Source of the DNA: Marsupella aquatica
Lineage: Eukaryota; Plantae; Marchantiophyta
Direction of reading: 5' to 3'
Assembly (NCBI GenBank): GCA_973895155.1
Contig: OZ316899.1
Coordinates: 8,001,241 to 8,065,240, forward strand
Length of the DNA stretch: 64,000 bases
Position 1 is the first letter of the stretch; every line of letters starts with the position of its first letter. Shown piece after piece: positions 13,568 through 27,688 of the stretch. Made by a program: the position numbers and the translations under genes. The notes below the pieces were generated by a model that was given only the letters and a program-made list of their open reading frames with translations, searched no databases and was not told where the DNA came from.

Positions 13568-13726
13568 TAATATGGATTAATCATAGACATTCAATACACC
13601 AGCAAGCTCACTTCCTTCATTGCATTGTGGGAGTGGAAATCTCTCCCTATGTAGTACATGGTATGGCGGTTATGTAACCTCCTATGTTCTAGGGTAAGTA
13701 GGGTTAGGGTTTTTTCCCTTATAACA
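13568..13726 (-). repeat. 3' LTR of the copia element
   Basis: Direct repeat of 19606-19764. Begins TGTTATAA on the minus strand after the purine tract AAGGGGGAG and ends in TA. Confidence 0.95.
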
Positions 13727-14575
13727 CTCCCCCTTGGTTGAATGAAAAATATTTCAAACAACCATAAAAGTATGGGGAAAAACTAACCCTTGTAATGATA
13801 TGTCTATTATTTGGCCAAAGTGTAGTATGGTCTCATTAAAACCATGCTTCAATCATGGGAAGAGTGCCACTACTATTACATGGTCTAAGGCCAAAAATGA
13901 AATATATCAAAGAATTATAACGATAAGTAGTTTGTATCTGTAAAAGTAAATCTAAGTTCTATTGACTATTGAGTGTAAGGCTAAGTGTAAAAAAAAGTTT
14001 ACAGAATAGGTATGCATTCGATAGTCTCCTTCGTGAGCTGAAGCTTGAACTTCGAGGTAATCGATGGGAACGGGAAATCGGAGATTGCTCTGTGATCAGA
14101 TGTTGCTGCGCGGCAGTGCTGAGGTAGAATGTGGATGGCTATTGAGTCAAGAAGTTGAGTCGAGAAGTGGCGATTGAGTCGTTGTTGGGGTCGACTGCTG
14201 CTACTTCCGTTGTTCGCGGTTGTGCGCCCAGGGTCCTGGAGTTTGGCGTCGTCCTGCGCTTGGTTTGTTCGGTGCAATAACTCGGTCATAATCAATAAAG
14301 CTCGGACAGTAAGAAGATGTTGCGCTTATGTGTGATTAAGTGCGAAAATGAGTTGGTTGCTAGTTGACGTCTATCTCTCTCGATTCTTGATTTGTAGATA
14401 TATCCTGAGCTCGGCTCTGTTATTCAGCTTGCGGATGAGCATAAGTCGAATGTCGAGTGACAGAATGGTAGTAGAGTATATCGCTGGTTATCTATAGATA
14501 TTCGAAACTGTAGCCTGTGTGTAAGAAATGTTGAGATATTCATGAATGCGCTGCATCAATAATGTCAGTTCCGAT

Positions 14576-17500
14576 TTATCTATCGATGCCCTGCAGCAGT
14601 GAGGTCATGCTTCTCATGCCTATACCATATGTATGTTCTCTGTGGAGAGATGATGGTAGTGGTTTCGTAAATAAATCTGCTCGATTTTCCTTGCTAGGAA
14701 TCCACTGTACATTGACCTGTCCGCCGTGCTGCTCATGTGTATAAAAGAATTTAGGTGCTATATGTTTAATACGATCGCCTTTGATAAAACCCTGCACTAT
14801 CTGATCGACACAGGGTCGATTATCTTCATAGATAATCGTAGGTTTATCCAAACGAGAGTTCCCTGTGTGTGTATGAATATGATCCATCAAGTTTCTTAAC
14901 CAAATGCATTCCCTAGTGGCTTCGTAGAGGGCAATGATTTCCGCGTGGTTGGACGAAGTAGCTGTCAATGTTTGTTTGCAGCTTCTCCAGGAGATAGCAG
15001 TACCTCCTTGAAGAAAAACATATCCCGTCTGGGATTTTGCATCGTCAGGGTCTGAAAGGTATCCTACGTCTGCATATCCCACCAATAGATTTTCTGACTG
15101 CTTGGGAAAGAATAGTCCCAGGTCTGTGGTTCCTCGCAGGTAACGGAATACTCGCTTTACGCCATTCCAGTGACGAATAGTGGGTTTGGCACTATGGCGT
15201 GCAAGAAGATTGACTGCAAAAGAGATATCAGGACGGGACTGTGTAGCCAGGTACATGAGAGCCCCGATTGCTGAGAGGTAAGGCTTTTCTGGGCCAAGAA
15301 TGGCTTCTGGTGCAGTCCATTTCCTGAATGTATCCTTTGCAGGATCTGAGGATCTCAAATCCATAGGAGTGCTAACAGGGTAAGCAGTCTCCATGTTAAA
15401 CTATTTTAATACTTTCTCAGTATAGGTAGATTGAGTAATGAGTATGCCATGATGCAAGTGATTAAACTGTAAGCCCAAGCAATAGGTGGGTTTACCTATG
15501 TCCCGCATCTCGAATATCTTCTTCAGGATGTCTATTGTATCAGCTGTAATTTTTGCTGTGCCAAAAATATTGATGTCGTCAACATAAATTGCTATAATGA
15601 CGAATTCATTTCCGTCCTGTTTGAGAAATAGGCAAGGGGCAATATCGTCAGTAATAAAATTCAGTGCAATCATTTCAGCTTTGAAGTGTTTATACCAGGT
15701 CCGCCCACTCTGTTTTAAACCATATAGAGAGCGAAGTACTTGAACTGCAAGTTCTCTTTTAACTTTCTTTGTTTGTGTAACAGGGGTAACCTGTGAGGAA
15801 GACATTCGTTTCCTCTGAGCGGATGTGTGTAGCACATCTTGTGTGGTTGGGACTAAAGGTCCAGTCTCAGTCGTCACTGAAGTCAAATTGCCTGTAGGAC
15901 AAGTTTGCTGTACTCCAGGTTGTAGACCTGGGCTTAGTTTACCGGTTTTCTCCCCCTCAATGTGAAACGTCAATCGCTTGATGAGTTCGGGGGGTGCCTT
16001 CATATAAATTTTGGTATCAAGGATACCATATAGATAGGCAGTAATCACATCTAAAATATGCATTACTAGTTTGTGGATAAGAGCATATGCAATAAGATAT
16101 CTATATGTGATGGAATCCATGACAGGAGAGTATGTTTGATCAAAGTCCCGGCCGGGGATCTGGGTATAGCCCTTCGCGACTAGGCGCGCTTTATGTCTGA
16201 TAACTTCTCCTTTCGCATTTCGTTTTCTAACAAAAATAAATCTGTATCCTGTAAGATGAAGTCCGGCAGGTGCAGGAATGATGGGCCCAAAAACTTTTCG
16301 TCTGATTAGGGAGTCCAATTCTGAATTGATAGCTAGCTCCCATTGTGGCCAATCCGGGCGAGTTCGGGCCTCAGCAATGGTTAGGGGATCAGGAGTTGTA
16401 TTGATAATGTCCTCGGAAATCTGGAATGCAAAGATATCATCAATTCGGATTGTATCACGCTGCATTATCTTCCCGGTATGTACGTAATTAATTGTGATCT
16501 CCTCATTATCGGCTGGTCCTTGTGAAGATGGTTCTATGGTTGGTGTAATGGTGGGAGATGGACGAGCTACACTCGTGCGGGACTGTCTTGGATGAGAGTC
16601 CTTGGATCCCAGTGGGCGTCCTCTTTTGGCCTTGGGTGCAGCGCGAGTGGCTGGTGTAGGCTGCCAAGAAATTTGAGCTGGTATGTTGGCTGCTTCGATG
16701 TGTGAGCGAGTGACAGTGGCTGCATCGTTGAATGCATCAGGAAGTTTCATAAGCATCTGTTGTAAGTGGAGAACACGTTGTACTTCCAGATCTGTTTCTT
16801 TAGTTTGGTGGTCCTCTGTAAGCAGGCGAGGAGACAACCATTGTAAGTCTTTCACTGGTACATCGCCATTTCTCTTGGGATCTTCTGTAAGGGTTGGAAA
16901 ATCGTCTTCAAAGAAATGGCAGTCTTGGAACCGTGCTTTAAAAACATCTGCTGTGGAAGGTTCCAAATATCTTATAATAGAGCGTGAGTCAAAGCCCACA
17001 TAGATACCGCGCTGTCTTTGAGGTCCCATTTTAGTTCTCTTGGGACCTAAAATTGGGACAAGTACCAGGCAGCCAAAAATTCGTAGATGTGTGATGTCTG
17101 GTGGTAATCCATATGCTAGAAAATGTGGGGTCTGTGTATTAAATGAGGACGGTCTCAGTCGAATAAGGGCAGCTGCATGCAGGACCGCATGGCCCCAAGC
17201 TGATGCTGGTAAATTGGACTGCATCAGGAGAGGTCTGGCCACCATCTGTATTCGTTTGATTATGGATTCTGCAAGACCATTCTGAAAGTGAACATGTGGA
17301 ACCGGATATTCTGTATTGATACCTGCAGTTTCACAGAAGGTATCGAAAGTTTGGAGGTAAATTCCCCCGCGTTATCAACTCTAATGGTTTTGATGGGATT
17401 CTCTGGGAATTGGTATTTTAATTTCAATATGTGCGATAATATTCGTGGGAAGACCAAGTTACGGGTAGAGAGCAGGGAGACCTGTGACCACTTAGTAGAG

Positions 17501-19256
17501 GCATCAATGATAACTAGGAAATATCGGAATGGGCCAGAAGGAGGGTCAATGGGGCCACAGACATCAGCATGTATTCTCTCCAAAAATTGTGGTATCTGAT
17601 GTATTGTCTTGGATGGTGAGGGACGGGTAACCATTTTTCCTTGTGAGCATGCGAGGCAGGGTTTGCTGGTAGCAGATGGGTGAACGCCTTTAGGTATGCC
17701 CACGGTAGCCTTAAGTATATTGTGGTACATACTTGTACCAGGATGTCCAAGGCGATTATGCCATATTTGTGTTAAAGTCAGTGAAGTACTTGTAGCATGA
17801 TATGAATAGATTCGGGTGATGTAGAGTCCTGGGGGATATATGGGGAGTATCTCTCGCACTAATCTCCCTGATGTGGTATTTTCCAGGATATGTAGGACCT
17901 CACGGTTGCCACATGTCTCTGTATGAATGTGGAATTTATTGGCGCGTATATCACTGAAACTTATCAGGTTTCGAGTAGCCCACGGAGCATAAATGGCGGA
18001 GTCTATGTGGAGAATTGTACCCTTGGGGAATCTGACTTGTGCTGGACCATAACCTTCCTCTATATGATTAGGTCCAGTTATGGTTGTCATGGATCTGTGG
18101 GATGGAGTGATACGTAGGAAATAATCTTTATGGCGTAGGATGGAATGAGATGTGCTGCTATCGACAATACAGTTGTGATGATCGTCGAGCATAGAGGGAT
18201 TAGCTCCTAATTGGGCAGTATGTACTTCTGGTGCATATCCCTCAATATCATCTGTAGTTTCCATATAGTTTCCATGGGCTTCATTACTAGGTAATTCCAT
18301 GCTTTGTTTATAAAGTTGGACCAGGTGGGCAGGAGATCGGCAATTTTTCTGTAGGTGACCCTTTGTGCCGCACCTGAAACATTCAGTCAGATTTTCGTTC
18401 TCTCTGGTCCAACTATTAGGTCCTCGGCCACGGCCTCCGCTACGGCCTCTGCCTCTGTATCCATTACCTCGTCCACGTTGTCCTCTTCCTCGATAAAAAT
18501 GTCCAGAAGATTGATATTCCAAATTATGGAATTGTCCATAGCCTCTGCCCCTTTGTTGGTTTCTGCCTCTGATAAATGGTCGTTGTCCTCTCCCCCTGAA
18601 TGTGCCACGTCCTCTGCCTCGGATCTTATCATTTTGTCTGTTGAAATTGATTTCAGGTTTGGGTGGTGGAGCGGCTGTACCTGGTGGGCGAGATTTTGCA
18701 TTTTCCAGTAGGAGTATTTGGTGCTTCTCAGCAAGAAGCATATGAGCAATTAGCTCGGAATATTTTGTAAAACCCATGTTTCGGTATTGGGATGCAAGGA
18801 TGAGATTTCCGGCACTGAACGTTGATAGGGTTCTTTCAATCTGCTCGGCGTCATTAACTGTGGGTGGCCACAGATTGCGAGTTGAGAGGTGATGCGAAAA
18901 AGTTCTCCGTTGTAGTTTGATATAGAAGTGTGGTCCTGTACACGCAAATTTATCCAGTCGTGGCGTGCGGCCGGCAGAGAGACTAGGCTCATGTGATCGA
19001 ACCGTGATTTGAGATCTTCCCAAAGAATTCGGGGGTTGTATTGATTGAGATATTGACTCTTGAGTGGCTCTGCAAGGTGGTGGCGTATGAAGATTAATGC
19101 TCTCGCCTTTTGCTGTAATGTTAGGCCTGCATCGGTTAAAATAGTGTCCTGTAGGTCTTTTGAGTAAAGATATGCTTCGACATCAAGTGACCAGGATAAA
19201 TAATTGGCACCATCAATAGTTAGAGCCTTAAATTGAAGCTTCTCTATCGAATTCAT
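14576..19256 (-). pseudogene. Copia gag-pol polyprotein (two frameshifts and one in-frame stop)
   Basis: Gag (NYLSWSLDVE), zinc knuckle CFRCGTKGHLQKNC, protease IVDSSTSHS, integrase WHNRLGHPG/HADVCGP/IRVDNAGEF, RT KARLVAKGY/SLYGLKQSGR/YVDD, RNase H KHIAPKF/ADLFTK. Frameshifts near 18860 and 17340; TAG at 15401-15403. Confidence 0.93.
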
Positions 19257-19590
19257 GGTGATGGAAGTTATGATGATAGGATCTCAAATCGAGTTATATC
19301 AAGCGATTTGTGAGTTATGCTCTGCCTGAATTCTTTAAATCAGTTGTGGCATTGAGGTCTAAGAAATTCAAATGGAAAGAAAACGGTGAAGAAGAAACTT
19401 CCTCGTATTGATCAAAGAGCAAATTTCAATGTGGGTATTCGGTGTTCAGATGTCAGCGCTCCTGATCCTTCAAAGTGTCGTTTGAGAAAAAAAAATTGAT
19501 CCTTGGTTCAATCAATAATTCGAAATGTGCATATCGGTTCACTGAATCGATTGCTTAAGGAAAAATCAAGAATTGTGCTCCAAGGATAGA

Positions 19591-19605
19591 GTCGTGCTGA
19601 TAACG
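19591..19605 (-). promoter_or_regulatory. Primer-binding site, half-tRNA type (tRNA-Ile-like)
   Basis: CGTTATCAGCACGAC directly follows the 5' LTR. It is complementary to the anticodon arm of plant tRNA-Ile (GTCGTGCTAATAACG, recalled) with one A>G difference. Confidence 0.7.
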
Positions 19606-19764
19606 TAATATGGATTAATCATAGACATTCAATACACCAGCAAGCTCACTTCCTTCATTGCATTGTGGGAGTGGAAATCTCTCCCTATGTAGTACATGGT
19701 ATGGCGGTTATGTAACCTCCTATGTTCTAGGGTAAGTAGGGTTAGGGTTTTTTCCCTTATAATA
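19606..19764 (-). repeat. 5' LTR of the copia element
   Basis: Matches 13568-13726 except for the second base on the minus strand (TA instead of TG). Confidence 0.95.
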
Positions 19765-20804
19765 ATTTTAAATTAACTTTGGACTCATTTGAATTTTAGT
19801 GAATTTTGAGTATTTAGAATATAATTTGGCTCCCCTCATTTTCAATCAGTCATTAGTGAATTCTCTTTTTCTCATGAGAAATTTGAACAATGTGCATATT
19901 TGGTATACTAAGTTCCCCTAGTGATTTATTTTACAAAATTTATGTTCCTAATTGAATTGATTGTCACTACCTAGAAGCAAGTGAAAATATGTACACAACT
20001 CTTTAATACTTTTGTGCTTTCTTGGTCACAATGTACTTTTATTTACATGTGTACTCATGGTTTTGTGTGTTTTGTCATTCACTCTTAATTAAAAGATATT
20101 AATTTTTTGGCATACACTTTACATGTACCTATTTATTTTATCATAAAATAAATTAAATGAATTGCATATCACTACAAGACAACAAAAGAGTCATGTTCCA
20201 AGATGAAAATGCTATATATCGAGTAAAAATGAATTGGATTGATTTTGTGGGTTTCGACTGCAATTTTATTGACAAGTAGAGCAGAATGGGATTGTTTTTG
20301 GGGGGACTCGAATGCACTATTTATTGTCCAGTAAAATGCAACTATTGTACCATAGTTGGAACACTACCTCAATGGCTAGGAATCATATTCTTCTGGTCCT
20401 GATTTCAAATAATATAGAGGGAGTGACAACAAAATCTTGAATCACCATTTGCAAGAACTGAAGGACGCTGGGCTCCTCACCTAAAAATAAAGTCTGGATG
20501 TACCTAGGGGGAATACTGTAATTCACAGATGGTTTTCTAAGGTTTGACAGGCACTGGACCATGGCAGTTAAGAGCAGCAAAACATTTGTTTTTCCCTTGC
20601 CTGCAGTTTTGTTGTCAAGTAAAACTGAGTTGAATTGTGTATTTGGTCTCTAATGCACTATTGATTGTCCTGCAGTAAAATGCAACTATTGTACCGTGGT
20701 TGGAAACACTACCACAATCCCCAAGCTTTGCTAGGAATCATATTTTGCCCATGCTGGTTGTATATTATAAATGACACTAACCCCATGCCTGTGCATTGCA
20801 CAAA

Positions 20805-21140
20805 ATATGTCAAGGTAGAGAAAGATCTTGAAGTGAAAAAAGATGTCGAGGTGAGGAAAAGAAGTCGGGGTGAATAAAGATGTTAAGGCAAGGAAAAGAT
20901 GTCGAGAAGAGAAAAAGATTTTGTGATGACATAAAGATGTCAAGGTGAGAAAAAGATGGTGAGATGAGATAAAAGAAGTCGAGGTGAGAAAAGGTGTCAA
21001 GGAGAGAAAAAGATGTCTTGATGAGATAAAGATGTCAAGGTGAGAAAAAGATGTCAAGATGAGAAAAGATGGCAAGGTGAGAAAAAGATGACAAGATGAG
21101 AAAAAGATAAAACATTGAGGTGAGAAAAAAAATTGAGGAG
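20805..21140 (+). repeat. Degenerate ~19-bp purine-rich minisatellite (consensus GAGAAAAAGATGTCAAGGT)
   Basis: More than 15 imperfect tandem copies. It accounts for the spurious ORF 20731-21168. Confidence 0.85.
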
Positions 21141-24100
21141 ACAAAAATAATTGTGTTGAGGAGTGCAAAAGAAGTGGAGGGGAGAAAAGATGGAGAGATA
21201 TGCTTAGTAGAACCCCTTCTGGAAAAAAGTTTGCTTAATCAACCCCCTCAATACTTTTCCCCAATCTGGATCGTTGATGGACCTTACAATCTCAGATTTG
21301 GATCATTGATAGACCTCAGGAGGTCGATCAAGTAACAAGTTTCATTTTGGGGGTCGACCAAGCAAATACCTTGAAGAGATGTGGAGGTGATTAAAGATGT
21401 CCAGGCAAGAAAATGATGTTGAGATTAGGAAAAGATGTCAAAAATATATTGTGATAAGGGAGATAGGTGAGGACAACATAAACATGCACATTTATTCAAC
21501 CCTAGGTGGAGGGTGGCCACCCCCCTCCTCCTCATTGCCTCCTCTCCCCCTTTCTCTTGGGCTGCATCTCCCCTTCTTCCCCTCTTCCACCCTCCCCCTT
21601 CCCCCCCTAAAAACAAACCCCAATGAAAGGCAAGGGTGTCCCTTTTTTCCTCCTTTTCTCCTCTTATTGCCTTATTATTATTATCTTTATTCTCACCTTC
21701 CTTTGCTCCACTTTGTCTCAATCCCTATCTTGTACTTATGGGAGGGTATGATACAGACTCTTCATCCCTTCGCCCATGGTTGTATCATTACGTCCCCTCG
21801 CTATTTTGACCTTTATGTCTCCTAGTCCCTAGATCCCCTCATAATGGTGTCCCAAGTGCCCAGTTCCAATGGCAACACATGGCATTCACATAAAGGGTAT
21901 GCCATCATGCCCATTCTTAGAGATATTTGTGCATACCAAAATATTTTGTCTTGCTTGGGTTAGAGATATTGATTTGACAAATGAAAGGCTAGGATAAAAG
22001 GACCTATAAATCCAAGGGTCATGGAATCTTCCCTCCAAAAATGATTTTGTAAATGGACCACATCCACTTTTGGTGGGATAGGGTATTATATAGTAGTAGG
22101 ATGATGATAACACAAGTTTTAATCATCATTTTCTAGTTGGCTGCAATAAAATGTAGGATGCTGGGCTCCTGACCAATTACAGAGTTTGTCCCAGATTTTT
22201 GCAATCCTCACAGTTCCCAATAAGCAGGATAGGGCACTACTGTAGCTAGCGACCCAAAGGCCACTATATTAGAGGCATGTACTTACCCAGAGTCATGAAA
22301 CAAAATGTTGAAAAATTATAATCTCAATTAAAAATACTCTATTGGAGGAGAAACTTCATTATGCCTATTTCCGGTTGTAACCGTAGCTGTATTTGTGTTC
22401 CTAGGGTCAAGTTCCAGAGGTCTCACACGAGACAACAAGTGCTTATCCTAACCTTTGGATCTTGCTTTGTTTGATATAGTTGTGTATTTATTTTTAACTT
22501 TGAATGCACATTTTATTGTGGGGAAAAACCCAAAGAGTTGGAAACATTTGTATATATATATCGGTCTCAAATGCATTTTTATTGTCCAGTGTGACCCAAA
22601 TAGATGGAAACATTTATTTATTTTGTCTGGAATGTATTATTTTCTTTCCCAGTAGAGCTCAGACATCAAAGCCTAGATGGACTTGGACATTGTCTCTCAC
22701 AACTCCCACATATAGGAGGATTAAGGTAGCTAGGGTTTCCAGAGGGGTGACCATATACCTTGTAAAGCACATATGGGAAGCCTTATTTGCACCATCAGGA
22801 CAGGTGTACATTTATTGGGGGACTACATCTCCAACATCAATTTAATTCACTTACAATGAGGCTGAGGTATGATTAGAGAGTGTGAAAGCTCAGAATTTGA
22901 TGGACCTCAATTTGGTAGTTATGGGTTACAGAAACAAAAAGTTAAGGACAGGGTTATTGACTATCAATTCATAGTCTCACTACTACATATTTGCCAATTT
23001 TGCGAAGGCGTTTTACAAGAGGAAGAAAGCTTTGCAATATTAATCTCATCGCTAAACTTGCGATACGACACGCATCGCACTTAGCGAATCTATCCACATC
23101 GCAACACATAATTGCGAAACTCATACAATCGCAACATTTTACGACACTTCACGTATCGCAAAACATTTCCGAAGTAATTATCATTGAACAATTTAGCGAT
23201 CTTTACCGCTTCGCAAATTCATTGCGATGCGCCGGACAAATAAACAGTTGCGAATATTTTAGCATCTCAAAATGTTTTGCGAGTCTTATTGTCTCGCAAA
23301 TGAGCGATGTTTACGGAATGGCTAACTTGCGATAGTAATAGGCTCGTAAATCCTGTGCCTGTCTAGGGTCTCATTTTGTGAATGTTTTGGTTTTGCAACC
23401 TTGAGAGCATGGTATCTTCGGAAGTTTGCGATGAGTTCATGATGGCAATTAGCGAGCATTTCAATATCGCAAATTTAGCGATGAGTTTGCGGGGGTAGGG
23501 GTTTCGCAAGATGTTTCACAAAATATTATGAGCGCTTCAAAGAGGTGGAAAAGGAATGGGATTGGGGAGGGAGGGTAAAGGAGGGAGGATACATGTAATT
23601 TTTAGGGAGGGACAATGAAAAGGAGGAGAGGGACAAGGAACGGAGGGATCCAAGGGGGAGGATACAGGTTTAGGGGGCACAAGGAAATGAGGGAGGAGGA
23701 AGGGTATGTAGATATAGTTTTAGGGAGGGTTTGGATTTAGGGAGTGAAAATAAAAAGGAGGGAGTTTAGGGTTTAGAGAGGGACAAGGAAAGGAGGGAGG
23801 GTATTGGTTTAGAGAGGGACAAGGAAATGAGGGAGGTTTAAGGGTATAGGTTTAGGAGGGAGGAGAGAAGCTAGGTTGTATAGGTAAGAGTGGGGGATAG
23901 GGGTGGAAAGTAAGGAAAGTATAGGGTTGAAATAGAAAGGGGTTGGGACAAGGAGAGGAAGGAGGAAGGAGGGTTTAATAAGAGGGACAGACAATGAAAG
24001 AAAGGAGGAGGGAGGTGGGTACAAGTAATAAGGAGAACGGCTAGGGGGGGATTAGGAAAGCATGGAGGATAGAGGACTACAAGCAACATGAGTTTTCTTT

Positions 24101-24306
24101 GCATAAAGTCTACCAAAAGGTGTGGTGAGTGTGGGGTAGGGATGGGAGATATAGAAAACAACATTTGAAAATGATATACTTACAAAACATAAGTTTATTG
24201 ATAATTGAGAAGCACATATTTCTCCATTCTATCGAGAAGAGAAATCTTCATATCATCAAATCTAACTATATATCCGTGTAGCTATATATCCACAAACACA
24301 GAGCCC

Positions 24307-27300
24307 TCAAACTTGGTCCTCATCATCTTCAGGTTGGGACACAACCAGAATATCAGGCTTTTTCCCAACGATTGAACGAGACCGTGGCACATATGTGATG
24401 ACAAGTGACCATTCCTCTGGGTTTGGGGGGTATGGAATATAGAAACATTGTTCCACATGACTTGGAAAAGTGAACGGTTCTGATGTTTGCCAATGAGATG
24501 GCTGGAAACTAGTGGCAGACGTCTTCAGTCGTGTAAATCCACACTCATCTTGAACCACAGTAGGATTGTTACTTGCAAGGTTCACTTTGAACCACTTGCA
24601 CTTGAAGACATACTCTTCAAACTTTGATTGTGCATCATAAGATATCACTAGAATCTCTTCTACCTTTCCATAATATGGCACAACATCTTGAATAATATTT
24701 GTGTCATGGCAACTGTTGCGGGAATCTTGAGAGAATTGTCCTTGAACTCCACAATCAAAGGTACGACCCCTCTTCTCATCAAGGGAAGAAATCCTAAAAT
24801 CCATCAAACCATAAGGATATGTTACACAAAAATAGACACAAACATATTCCAATTAATGGAACACACCAAGAATCTGCCTCTTCAATATACGTGCTTGTAT
24901 TACAAATGAATTAAATTAAACCAAGTGATTCAAATCAAAGGTTACTAAGGTAGATGGAGATCACCTGAAATGTCTTCCTTGTGTCCACATTGTTGTCCTT
25001 GTTGTAACCACTCTCAAGGGACCATGAACAATGGTACGAACATCATCCGTGATAGCCCAAAAATGTAATACACTCTCTCCCCTGACCACCATGTCATCCA
25101 CCTCAACTAACTTCTCCTTCATATAGTCAAGGTACTTTGGAAAAATCCTTGGTCTTGTGCTGTTACTTTTGGCATCCTCATAGAAATCCCTCCATTCTTC
25201 CATGATAGTGCTGTTACTCAACATGAATGTGGTCAGTTGTTTCACCTCCACTGGTGTCAACATGCTAGTTTTCCTAGCACCTATTAAATGATCCTCTTCA
25301 TCTTCCCTCTCCTCTACCCAAGTACGGGGAGAGGTACAATCAATTGTGGCCAATATGTTACTACAATAGAACATACTCTCAGCTGCTAAGTATCTTGTAG
25401 CCATGCTTCCCTCAACCCATGCGCGGTTACGTACATAACCTTTTAACACTGCCATGTATCGTTCTAGCCAATACATCCACCGACAATGCACAGGACCTGC
25501 AATGGCCACCTCATGAACAAGATGAACAAGTAAATGCACTTGACAGTCAAAAAAGGAAGGAGGAAGGGCCTTCTCCAACTTGCATACCACCTCTGCTGCC
25601 AAAACCTCCATCCTAGGGATCTCGTCAGTATATATCTCCTTAGAGCATACCCATCTCAATAGTTTTCCCAATGACCAAAGGGCATCTTGCACTTCTTCAC
25701 TTGCCAAACCTATTATGGCCACAGGCAATATGTGCTGCAATAACCTATGGTAGTCATGTGTCTTGAGATACCTTGGCCACTTATGATTGTCCTCCATCCC
25801 AAAGGCCTTTCGGAGATTGGCACCATAACCAGTAGGAAACCGCATGTCTCCTATGCGATTCCAAAACTCCCTTCTCTGGCCAACAGGAAGCACCCATGGA
25901 GCTGAAGGTCGATGCTCGATCCCTGTGATAGGATCACTTATGACCCACACGTTTGGATGCATCTCAAGATCCTCACAAGCCTCCCTGAAGTTAGTGTCTT
26001 TCTCTCCATAGAAAGCCTTTATCAAAGCCTTTCCCACATTTCCCTCAATGTGCATGGGGTCTAATAGATGGCGAATCTTCAACTCACCCCAATAGGGCAA
26101 AGTGGTTAATATACTCTACCTTGTCAAGCCACTACCCTCAAATTGCATGGGATCCTCTGGGTCTGCCACTGTTGCAGCCATGTCTTTCTAGTGTGTAAAA
26201 GTTGTTGGCTCAGGTACATCACGCTCATCACCAAAGGGCATATCAATAGAGGAAAATAGTAGTGGGTCACGCCTCATCTGATGTCCCATTGGAAGAAACT
26301 TTGTATGCCCAAGATAAACAATCTTGCGAAGATGTGATGAATACTTGGCTACATCACCAAGGCTTGGGCCACAAGTGGAGCAAGCCTTGTAGCCTTGGGT
26401 TTGCAACCCACTCACAAAGCCAAATCCTGGTCATATAAACACACATTATGTTAGGATTAGCACATGGAAATGAGGGGATACCATGCATTAGAATATGATG
26501 CATTTAAACAACAAAGTTCTTACCTGGGTAGTCATGCATGGTCCACATACAAACCCCTTTCAGTTTGAAAACCTGTGGAGTACCCCCTGTAGTCTTTCAA
26601 CCATCATATGCCCATAATTTCTGGAGTTCCTGAACCAGTAATGTCAAATAGGTGTCCATGTTCTTCACCTTCTTTGGCCCTGGGATAATCAAAGATAGCA
26701 ACAAAAAACCCTTTTTCATGGACAACCATGGTGGAAGGTTGTAATTCATGAGAACCACAGGCCAGACCGATGTAGGTCTCCCCTTCCCTCCAAGTGAATG
26801 AGGGCTAACTCCATCTGATGCCAACCCCAATCGCACATGCCGAGGGTCACGCTCAAAATCTGGCCATGTTGATTCCACATGTTTATGAGCAGGAGAGTCA
26901 ACTGGTAATTGCATGACACCGGGCTCCGAACGATGTTTCTTGTGCCATACCATCAACTCGGCCAAGTCAGAACATCTATACATGTGCAACAAGCGAGGAA
27001 TTATGGGGAACCAATGAACTGCTTTCCTTGGTACCTTCTGGGTTAGCATGTTTGGCTCATACCGTGGCTCATGACACACTGTGCATTCTGTGATATGGGT
27101 TGTATCCCCGTGAAATAACATGCAATCATTCACACAGGCATGAATAATATGGTAATCCATGCCAATGGATGAGAGAACCTTCTTTGCATCCTTCCAAGTC
27201 CCTGGCAACACATTCTCTGAGGGTAACATCAAGTCATGACAATATTCAAATATGTCTGATAACATAGAATTGCTTGCCTTGTGTTTGGCTTGAATGTTCA

Positions 27301-27688
27301 AGAGCCCCAATATGGCAGAAAGACGGCTCAACTGAGCACCCTCAAAAATAGGTGTTTGAGCATGTTCCTCTGCCTCTTTCCATTGTTGTTGTCCCTCTGG
27401 AGTATGTTGTGGCCGTGGGTCATTTGAAGGGCCAGCCTCATGACCAATGTGAGGCACATCATCCTCAACATCGGCACCAAACCAATCAACCATGAAGTCA
27501 TCCATGGCTCTATCTTGATCATGCATAACCTGGTCATCAGTCCGAGGTGCGGCTTGCTCATCAGCACCACCTACATCATTACTTGATGAGGAATCACCCT
27601 CTGATGGTTGTCCCTCTTTTGGCATACCCATCTCCCGATATGTTGCTCTCAACCTTCGTGGTAACATTTGTTGAGATGGTTGCGCATT
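24307..27688 (-). pseudogene. CACTA TnpD/Tnp2-type transposase; exons 27688-26524, 26426-24965 and 24793-24307; probable first exon 29070-28846
   Basis: IHACVNDCMLF, RHVRLGLASDGVSP, YNLPPWL, IIPGPK, MHDYPG, LDPMHIEGN, LKTHDYH, HLLVHL, WMYWLERYM, YYGKVEEI, FKCKWF. GT-AG introns keep the frame. In-frame stops at 26597, 26188 and 26116. Confidence 0.92.

Larger units (their letters stand above)
13568..19764 (-). mobile_element. Full-length Ty1/copia LTR retrotransposon, Bianca-like
   Basis: 159-bp LTRs at 13568-13726 and 19606-19764 with one mismatch. TSD ATTTT at 13563-13567 and 19765-19769. PBS 19591-19605, PPT ~13727-13737. Domain order gag-PR-INT-RT-RH. Confidence 0.96.

Noticed and set aside
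20221-20745. Imperfect direct repeat (~20311-20390 vs ~20652-20745) as an LTR pair
   Set aside because: No TG..CA ends, PBS, PPT or TSD were found; it looks like an old local duplication.
20731-21825. F/S/L-rich and P/L-rich ORFs
   Set aside because: They come from a 19-bp minisatellite and a pyrimidine tract, with no domain motifs.
23540-24160. G/A-rich tract (and C-rich tract ~30290-30700) as telomeric repeat or functional G-quadruplex
   Set aside because: There are only scattered TTTAGGG-like words in low-complexity DNA, with no regular array or evidence of function.
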